This document shows positions 50,530 through 56,062 of a stretch of 56,062 nucleotides of DNA, piece by piece. Position 1 is the stretch's first letter. Each line of letters starts with the position of its first letter. The notes beneath the pieces were generated by a model. The model searched no databases. It saw nothing but the letters and a program-made list of their open reading frames with translations, and was not told the origin of the DNA. Position numbers and translations under genes: made by a program. The stretch is taken from the IMG/VR virus record IMGVR_UViG_3300032007_000113. One strand, written 5' to 3'. Origin of the DNA: a virus.

Positions 50530-50576
50530 TTTGAGCTATCCCGATAAACGGGATTGCGGCGTAAGCCAAAGGGCAA
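50530..50576 (+). repeat. 47-nt conserved structured element, copy 1
   Basis: tttgagctatcccgataaacgggattgcggcgtaagccaaagggcaa; 45/47 identical to 55000..55046. Confidence 0.85.
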
Positions 50577-50585
50577 AAAACGAAC

Positions 50586-50612
50586 ACGAATTTCACGAAT
50601 TGAACGAATTAG
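50586..50612 (+). promoter_or_regulatory. three tandem 9-mers ACGAATTNN
   Basis: acgaatttc acgaattga acgaattag, 9 nt upstream of ATG 50621. Confidence 0.5.
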
Positions 50613-50620
50613 GAAGGCGT

Positions 50621-50974
50621 ATGAGACTGACATTAAACCATTGTTGCATCGCCGACGTGGAGATGCAAGAGCCTAAGCCGACGGACAACCAACGGAAAGG
50701 CAGACGGGTGTTTATCAACATCGACGAAGAGGATTTCTTTGAAATGCTCGACCATGTGAACCCGAAGAACATCATCAAGTATCTCGACATGCGACGCATA
50801 CCGCACCGCGATAGTCTGGAGATTAACGTGTCGGAAGTCAAAGTGAACTTGAACCACTCGAAGCACATCGACCGAGTGAAGCATGGACTTTATCAGGCGA
50901 ACGTGACGAACCGAAAGAAACTGAATCGGGCACTTGAACTACTCGATAATCTGAAAACGGAAGGAAAGGCATGA
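50621..50974 (+). CDS. hypothetical protein
   Basis: Start at ATG 50621 after aggaagg; the track N-terminal extension covers the repeat elements. Confidence 0.55.
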   Translation: MRLTLNHCCIADVEMQEPKPTDNQRKGRRVFINIDEEDFFEMLDHVNPKNIIKYLDMRRIPHRDSLEINVSEVKVNLNHSKHIDRVKHGLYQANVTNRKKLNRALELLDNLKTEGKA

Positions 50975-51630
50975 CATCGGAAGTATTTAACGTGGATTGC
51001 ATGGACTTCATGCGAGACCAACCCGACAAAGCGTTTGCACTCGCCATCGCTGACCCACCCTACGGCATAAGAGACGCAGGAGGGCAGACGGGAGGAAGCG
51101 GCAAACTGAAAGGCAGGGTGTTCAATAACGGCTACATTGACCGATGGGACAAGGCACCCGACAAGGCTTTCTTCGACGAACTGCGACGGGTAGCCGAGAA
51201 CGTCATCATTTGGGGTGGAAACTACTTCGACCTACCGCCCACGCGGTGCTTCATCTGCTGGGACAAGGTTCAGCCGTGGGAGAACTTCTCGCAAGTGGAG
51301 TTTGCATGGACTTCGTTTGAATCGCCAGCGCAGTTGTTCCGCTTCGACAATCGGACGGGCGACAAGATACACCCAACGCAGAAGCCCGTCGAACTCTATG
51401 CCTATCTGCTGAAGAAGTACGCAAAGGAGGGCGACCGCATCTTTGACCCTATGATGGGAAGTCAGTCGTCACGCATAGCAGCCTACAAACTCGGCTTTGA
51501 TTATGTCGGCTGTGAGATAGACGAGAAATTCTTTGCCGATGGTTGCGCCCGCTTCAATGAGGAGTGCAAGGGCGAAATCAAGTTGAAAGACGGATCAATC
51601 GTCAAACAAGCATCCTTGTTCGACCTTTAA
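50971..51630 (+). CDS. DNA methyltransferase (N6-adenine/N4-cytosine family)
   Basis: AIADPPYGI catalytic motif and DPMMGSQSS AdoMet motif. Confidence 0.8.
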   Translation: MTSEVFNVDCMDFMRDQPDKAFALAIADPPYGIRDAGGQTGGSGKLKGRVFNNGYIDRWDKAPDKAFFDELRRVAENVIIWGGNYFDLPPTRCFICWDKVQPWENFSQVEFAWTSFESPAQLFRFDNRTGDKIHPTQKPVELYAYLLKKYAKEGDRIFDPMMGSQSSRIAAYKLGFDYVGCEIDEKFFADGCARFNEECKGEIKLKDGSIVKQASLFDL

Positions 51631-51688
51631 GATTTTTTATATATCATAGATATATCCCGAAAACCCAAGAAAAATAATGCTGAAAATA

Positions 51689-51720
51689 TTTGTGTAGATA
51701 GAAAAAAGTGCTTATCTTTG
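51689..51720 (+). promoter_or_regulatory. Bacteroidota-type promoter (-33 TTTG, -7 TATCTTTG)
   Basis: TTTG 51689-92 and TATCTTTG 51713-20, 24 nt apart 5'-to-5'. Confidence 0.55.
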
Positions 51721-51725
51721 CCACC

Positions 51726-51906
51726 GCTTACAATATCACGGGAGTATTGTTCTCCTTGCGGTGGCCTCGCATAAAAGTTGGCCGACAAGTCTTACAGCCA
51801 ACGACCATGCGTGGTAAAGAGAGGCACTTTGATGGAATTAAGTCATAGCGACTACCATTGAGCGTAACATTCTCTCTCCACTACAAGGAGCCGTGATGTT
51901 GTAAGC
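51726..51906 (+). ncRNA. structured 5' leader or sRNA candidate closed by a 16-bp long-range helix
   Basis: 51726-51741 gcttacaatatcacgg pairs with 51891-51906 ccgtgatgttgtaagc (one G-U); internal hairpins ttggc..gccaa and ggag..ctcc. Confidence 0.45.
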
Positions 51907-51959
51907 AGCGCAAAATGGCAGTCGCTTTCCTTTGCCTACAACTTAATTCTATTTCAATC

Positions 51960-52235
51960 ATGGGTAAGCAAAAGAAAATCGTGGAGGTTCCCGTAACCTC
52001 AAAAGAAGAACGTGAAGAGTTGCAAACGATTCGCATGACGTTTGTGTGTCTGCTGATGATGATTGTCAATGGCGGTCAAGATGAAGTCGTGAACTTCCTC
52101 AAAGACAAGGATGCCAAGGCAATCAAGGAGTATGCCGAGATTTGGGACAGATGTGCCACCGACCCAGTTGGTGCAATCTTCCAACGTCCGGCATTTGAAC
52201 TATTAGCGAACATTAAGGACACCATAAAGAAGTAG
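51960..52235 (+). CDS. hypothetical protein
   Basis: ATG 51960 (alternative ATG 51915). Confidence 0.5.
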   Translation: MGKQKKIVEVPVTSKEEREELQTIRMTFVCLLMMIVNGGQDEVVNFLKDKDAKAIKEYAEIWDRCATDPVGAIFQRPAFELLANIKDTIKK

Positions 52236-52239
52236 CAAC

Positions 52240-52368
52240 ATGAAAGCGTTCTTTGAAATTATGATGCAAGACTACAAAGCGGAGGGCTTTAGTCTTTGCG
52301 AGTGGGTAGTGTATGGGGTGGTTGCTCCCCTGGTGTTAATCCTCTTATGCGGTTTGTGTCATGGATAA
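52240..52368 (+). CDS. 42-aa single-TM peptide (paralog of 42008..42136)
   Basis: MKAFFEIMMQDYKAEGFSLCEWVVYGVVAPLVLILLCGLCHG. Confidence 0.5.
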   Translation: MKAFFEIMMQDYKAEGFSLCEWVVYGVVAPLVLILLCGLCHG

Positions 52369-52467
52369 CAGACCGAGAGTTAGGCCGAAAGTTCCCGAAT
52401 ACGGGAGCATCGGCAGTATTGTGAAAACTGAATGGGGTTATTTGTTTAACATTTGCCAAAGACCATC

Positions 52468-53259
52468 ATGAACGAAATTCAAGTATTCAACAATCCTCAG
52501 TTCGGAGCAGTCCGAACCGCAGGAACGGCAGACAATCCGATGTTCTGCCTTTCTGATGTCTGCCAAGCCATCGGGATAACCAATGCCCGAAACGTGAAGA
52601 GCAGACTTGACGAAGAGGATGTCCATCTGGTGGACACCCCTACCAACGGAGGTACGCAACAGATAACGTTCGTAACCGAAAGTGGACTCTATGACGTAAT
52701 CATCCGCTCGGACAGCGAGCAAGCCAAGCCTTTCCGCAAGTGGGTAACATCGGAAGTATTGCCCAGCATCCGCAAGCATGGCATGTATGCGACCGAAGCA
52801 ACGGTTGAAAGTATGCTGAACGACCCCGAAAACGCTATCCTCATGCTCCAAGCCTACCAAAGGGAGCGCAAGGAACGACTGGCAGCACAGCAGCAGGTCG
52901 AGAAGTTGGAAGCGCAAGCCATCGAGGACAAGCCGAAAATCATCTATGCCGATGCCGTGAAAGGCTCTACATCGTCGTGCCTAATCGGTGAACTCGCCAA
53001 GATGATTGCACAAAACGGCTATCCCATCGGTGAGAAGCGGTTGTTTCAGTGGTTGCGCGATAATCATTACCTTTGCTCTTATGGTGAAAGGTTTAATCAG
53101 CCTTATCAGCAGTACATCGAGCAAGGATTGTTCACGATGAAGCAAAACGTGTTCAGCGTGGACGGAGAAATGAGAACGCGCAACACTACGAAGGTCACGG
53201 GCAAGGGTCAGATATACTTTATCAACAAGTTCATCGGCCAGCCTCTCGCTTCCGAGTAA
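52468..53259 (+). CDS. Bro-N / KilAC antirepressor-like protein
   Basis: IQVFNNPQFGAVRT....MFCLSDVCQAIG Bro-N; C-terminal IGELAKMIAQNGYPIGEKRLFQWLRDNHYL. Confidence 0.75.
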   Translation: MNEIQVFNNPQFGAVRTAGTADNPMFCLSDVCQAIGITNARNVKSRLDEEDVHLVDTPTNGGTQQITFVTESGLYDVIIRSDSEQAKPFRKWVTSEVLPSIRKHGMYATEATVESMLNDPENAILMLQAYQRERKERLAAQQQVEKLEAQAIEDKPKIIYADAVKGSTSSCLIGELAKMIAQNGYPIGEKRLFQWLRDNHYLCSYGERFNQPYQQYIEQGLFTMKQNVFSVDGEMRTRNTTKVTGKGQIYFINKFIGQPLASE

Positions 53260-53292
53260 ACCCCCGACCGCAAAACAGCCGATATATGAACC

Positions 53293-53345
53293 GTTACCTA
53301 ACAACTTGGCAACTGTTACCTAATAGTTGCGCGATTGTTACCTAA
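53293..53345 (+). repeat. three direct GTTACCTAA repeats with 22-bp spacing
   Basis: GTTACCTAA at 53293, 53315 and 53337, upstream of the HU-like gene. Confidence 0.8.
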
Positions 53346-53389
53346 TGACGGAATCACGACATAATGTTTCATCAATAAAATTTCATGCA

Positions 53390-53875
53390 ATGGCACTGAA
53401 ACTTAAAATCAAAAAGACTCTCCTGAAGCGCAAGGTGGAGGGAGTGACCAAAGAGGGCTACTATGGCCGAGTAATCACCAACGGCACCAAGTCGTTTGAG
53501 GACATCGTGAAGCAGAGCACCCACGGCTCTACGCTCGACTACCGCGAGGCTGAGCTGGCTTGCAAGATGATGATCGACGGCATTGCCGACAGCATCAAGC
53601 AGGGTTACATCGTTGACCTGGGCGTGCTTGGCAAACTCTACCCCGCCGTGAATGGCAAGTGGGACGAGAACGCCGACAACCTCCAGTTGGCCGACATGAA
53701 ACCCAAAGTGAACTACAAGGCCGGTGACGACATCGCCGCAGCCGTGAAGGGTGCATCGCTTTCGTGGACTACCGAGGCAGAGACCGACGAGAACACCGTG
53801 ACCGACGATGACAACACCCAGACGGGCGGCAACGGTGGTAACAACAACCCGCCAAGCGGGGAGCTGGAGGGATAA
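53390..53875 (+). CDS. Bacteroidota HU-like (HU-HIG-type) DNA-binding protein with Gly/Asn-rich tail
   Basis: GYYGRVITNGTKSFEDIVKQ...IKQGYIVDLGVLGKLY pattern; ends SGELEG. Confidence 0.55.
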   Translation: MALKLKIKKTLLKRKVEGVTKEGYYGRVITNGTKSFEDIVKQSTHGSTLDYREAELACKMMIDGIADSIKQGYIVDLGVLGKLYPAVNGKWDENADNLQLADMKPKVNYKAGDDIAAAVKGASLSWTTEAETDENTVTDDDNTQTGGNGGNNNPPSGELEG

Positions 53876-54163
53876 AGGAGACCCACCCCCTGCCCCTCCC
53901 TGCTGAGGGAGGGGAGTAGATAGGACATCGGGGCGTGCGGTATGTCCGCAACGGAGTAACATTTCCCACCTTACCATCGTCAGCGAGACGCTACGGCTGA
54001 CACCCCAGGGGAATGCCGAGAGTTGGGTAACGCCAAACCGCGCCCTGCGTTATTGGAGAAATAAGTGGATTAAAACCTGCTTATTTCTCCATTTATTTAC
54101 ACATTAAGCGAAAAACGCCCGAAAATCGGGCTTATTTATTTTCAATATTCGGAATAAGGAACT

Positions 54164-54397
54164 ATGGCAAAGAAAAAGACACTATCAGAGTACCAAGCCG
54201 CATTTAAGCAGCTGGTGAGAGAAATGGAGCAGGACTTCGGCATACCATGCACGGGAGTTTATATCCGAGTACAAACGCACGTTGACTATGACGAGCCGAA
54301 CCCATTCACGGCTGCGGACTCAGCATCAAGGCGACGTGAACGGCGCGAGGTTCAATGTGAGATTCAGTTTGGCGACTCTTATGCTTTGAAGTTATGA
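54164..54397 (+). CDS. hypothetical protein
   Basis: 77-aa ORF after ataaggaactATG. Confidence 0.55.
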   Translation: MAKKKTLSEYQAAFKQLVREMEQDFGIPCTGVYIRVQTHVDYDEPNPFTAADSASRRRERREVQCEIQFGDSYALKL

Positions 54398-54843
54398 AGA
54401 TAACCATTGACTACAACGGAGCCTTTGCCGTGTGCAACATCGAACTGATGGAAGAGCCTGGCAAGATGGTGAACTTCAACGATGCCGACACCAAGAGTCA
54501 GACCTATGCGATGAGTGCATTCCGCACTATCGAGGAACATTGGCGACGTGAGAAGCAGTTGGAGAAATGGAAGAAACACCCAGTAATGCACATTCAGCGA
54601 GAGTTCCAAGTGCATCCCATGAACTTTGAGCAGATTCAGGAGTTGTCGCAGAAGGGCGTGATACTTCAATGGTCGTATGACGTGAGCCGCAATCCTACAA
54701 TCAGCATCATGTTGAACGACAACCATACGACGGTGGAAGACCACGGGTGGCTGTTGCAAGACATGGAAGGCCGTTGGTGGGGCATGGATAGCGGCTACCA
54801 TCGTATGTTAGAAGAATATAAGAAAATCGTCATCGAGCGGTAG
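54394..54843 (+). CDS. hypothetical protein
   Basis: 149-aa ORF, ATGA overlap. Confidence 0.55.
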   Translation: MKITIDYNGAFAVCNIELMEEPGKMVNFNDADTKSQTYAMSAFRTIEEHWRREKQLEKWKKHPVMHIQREFQVHPMNFEQIQELSQKGVILQWSYDVSRNPTISIMLNDNHTTVEDHGWLLQDMEGRWWGMDSGYHRMLEEYKKIVIER

Positions 54844-54902
54844 CAAATTCTTCACTTTTCACTCTTCACTTCTAAAGTTAAACCCATAAAATCGGATAAG
54901 AA

Positions 54903-55318
54903 ATGGCAAAAGTTAAGTATTATGCCAAGGAGAATTCCACTATCGGAACTCATTCCTTCTATGCCGTACCCATCCCCAACGGCACGCTCACGTTTGACGT
55001 TTGAGCTATCCCGCCAAACGGGATTGCGGCGTAAGCCAAAGGGCAATATATCCCCCTGCATTATAGCCGTCCCCCGATGGGCGGGGGACTCTAAACGTGG
55101 CAACCGCCGAGATGCTCAATGCAGCCAACGGCAAGAGCCGACTGGGTTGCACGGTAGCCGCGAAGTTCAGCCGCCAGTTCTCCGACGAGGTGAGTTGGCA
55201 GAAGGTTGACCCGCAGGCAGCTGCCGCTGCATCTGGCGAGGAGGACATCACCGAGGGTGGCGCTGGCCAAGGTGGCAACCAGGGCGGCGGTACGACTGGC
55301 GGGGAGCTGGAGGGATGA
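54903..55318 (+). pseudogene. interrupted HU-like paralog (N-part 54903..55004, C-part 55097..55318)
   Basis: The N-terminal 33 aa (..HSFYAVPIPNGTLTFDV) stop at TGA 55002; the C-part is in another frame and ends GGELEG like 53390..53875; the central HU core is missing and is replaced by a 95-nt insert. Confidence 0.5.
55000..55046 (+). repeat. 47-nt conserved structured element, copy 2
   Basis: tttgagctatcccgccaaacgggattgcggcgtaagccaaagggcaa; its TGA is the stop of the interrupted HU-like ORF. Confidence 0.85.
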
Positions 55319-55323
55319 CCTTC

Positions 55324-55358
55324 GGGATGTAAGATGTAAGATGTAAGATGTAAGAGGG
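55324..55358 (+). repeat. five tandem heptads (A/G)(A/G)GATGT
   Basis: gggatgt aagatgt aagatgt aagatgt aagaggg. Confidence 0.75.
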
Positions 55359-55386
55359 CTGACGGGTGTCGGCTCTCTTGTTTTTA
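55352..55386 (+). terminator. rho-independent terminator (paralog of 8105..8142)
   Basis: 12-bp stem aagagggctgac/gtcggctctctt, loop gggt, then gttttt. Confidence 0.75.
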
Positions 55387-55389
55387 CCA

Positions 55390-55413
55390 AGAATTTGAGA
55401 ATTGGAGAATTAA
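55390..55413 (+). promoter_or_regulatory. three tandem 8-mers AGAATTNN
   Basis: agaatttg agaattgg agaattaa, 13 nt upstream of ATG 55426. Confidence 0.5.
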
Positions 55414-55425
55414 ACAAAAGGAACT

Positions 55426-55890
55426 ATGAGACAGATTAAATTTAGAGCGCAAGACATTGCGAGCAACAAATGGTTGTATGGTGACCTGAGACACCATAAG
55501 GACGACGTTTGCATCTTCGAGCAAGGAGGCACGAAGGGCGAACAAGTGAAACGTGATACCATCGGGCAGTTTGTCGGGCTGAAAGACAAGAACGGCAAGG
55601 AAATCTACGAGGGCGACATCATCAAATCGACCGACTACCCGTTTATGGATGAGGGCAAAGTGAACTATCTGGGCATCGTGTCATGCGACACCCACGACAC
55701 TATTGGCGAGTTCTATGTGATGCTCTACGTAACCAAGGAATCGGAAAGGCGCGGCATCAGCAACTTCACCAACAAATCGTTCTACGACTTGCAGATGGAA
55801 AACGTGGAGGTGGTCGGCAACATCTTCGACAACAAGGGAATGTTCCGCGATAGCGACGATGTAATCATGCTTTGGTATTTGGAGGACTGA
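55426..55890 (+). CDS. YopX-family protein
   Basis: MRQIKFRA....GQFVGLKDKNGKEIYEGDII....VVGNIFDN. Confidence 0.75.
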   Translation: MRQIKFRAQDIASNKWLYGDLRHHKDDVCIFEQGGTKGEQVKRDTIGQFVGLKDKNGKEIYEGDIIKSTDYPFMDEGKVNYLGIVSCDTHDTIGEFYVMLYVTKESERRGISNFTNKSFYDLQMENVEVVGNIFDNKGMFRDSDDVIMLWYLED

Positions 55891-55893
55891 CGT

Positions 55894-56062
55894 ATGACAG
55901 AAGAAGAACTGAAGAAAGTACCCTTCCGTGAGACCTGCCACATGGCTATGGAAGGCGAATACACAACGACGTACATGAGCAAGGACGGACGGCTGGGCTT
56001 CTGCGACCATGTGCCACGCGACAAGTATGGCATGGTGAAGAAGGGCGGTCGTGCCGTCCGCC
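55894..56062 (+). CDS. 5' part of the small hypothetical CDS that wraps the junction (continues at 31..104)
   Basis: ATG 55894; frame is continuous through the terminal overlap. Confidence 0.55.
   Translation, partial: MTEEELKKVPFRETCHMAMEGEYTTTYMSKDGRLGFCDHVPRDKYGMVKKGGRAVR

Noticed and set aside
50507-50620. N-terminal 38 codons of track ORF 50507..50974
   Set aside because: This stretch is made of the 47-nt element and the ACGAATT array translated in frame. A proper ATG with an upstream aggaagg lies at 50621.
55002-55046. UGA followed by a hairpin interpreted as a selenocysteine (SECIS) or readthrough signal
   Set aside because: In-frame readthrough hits UAA after 9 codons (copy at 55002). 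No selenoprotein-like context or selenocysteine machinery is visible, and the downstream homologous coding segment is in a different frame.

Overview
The window is one complete, circularly closed phage genome of about 56.0 kb; the last 30 nt repeat the first 30 nt. It looks temperate and siphovirus-like. Several signals point to a Bacteroidota host: -33 TTTG / -7 TAnnTTTG promoters, gene starts without Shine-Dalgarno sequences in an AAGGAACTATG context, a Bacteroides-type tyrosine integrase, and a lipoprotein moron. Almost all genes are on the + strand. The exception is a minus-strand lysogeny block at 35.7-39.3 kb (lipoprotein, integrase, TM-HIRAN protein, repressor).

Recognisable modules:
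- HK97-like packaging and head genes (HNH, P27-type TerS, TerL, portal, prohead protease, MCP). These are scattered around the circle and separated by accessory islands.
- Tail genes: tape measure, three paralogous tube-like proteins, and a G/G-T chaperone pair with an A_AAA_AAC -1 frameshift site.
- Tail-fibre-like genes and a lysis cassette (holin-like, TM coiled-coil, M15 endolysin).
- A replication block (RecA/DnaB-like ATPase, CHC2 primase, DUF3127-like OB-fold protein).
- Two antirepressors, a DNA methyltransferase, and an SNF2 / PP-loop (IbrA-like) / ParB (IbrB-like) operon.

Most notable observations:
1. A complete diversity-generating retroelement. VR and TR are 188 bp each and differ at 17 positions, all at TR adenines. 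It includes the RT, a MutS-domain-I-like accessory gene and a hairpin downstream of VR. Its target is a 640-aa fibre-like protein.
2. A full phage-encoded tmRNA at 49926-50229, with a G3:U70 acceptor stem, a T-arm, and a 21-codon tag ending in MLAAA.
3. A roughly 650-nt locus at 41119-41768 that I read as non-coding. Two atypical tRNA-like modules flank a hairpin-rich ~430-nt RNA candidate, and three terminators follow it.
4. Several phage-specific repeat families: AT-rich TAATTATT elements, ACGAATTNA arrays, GATG heptads, 22-bp iterons, and a 47-nt structured element present in 2-3 copies. One copy of the 47-nt element interrupts an HU-like paralog.

All calls come from reading the sequence and motifs by eye. 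No database search was run.
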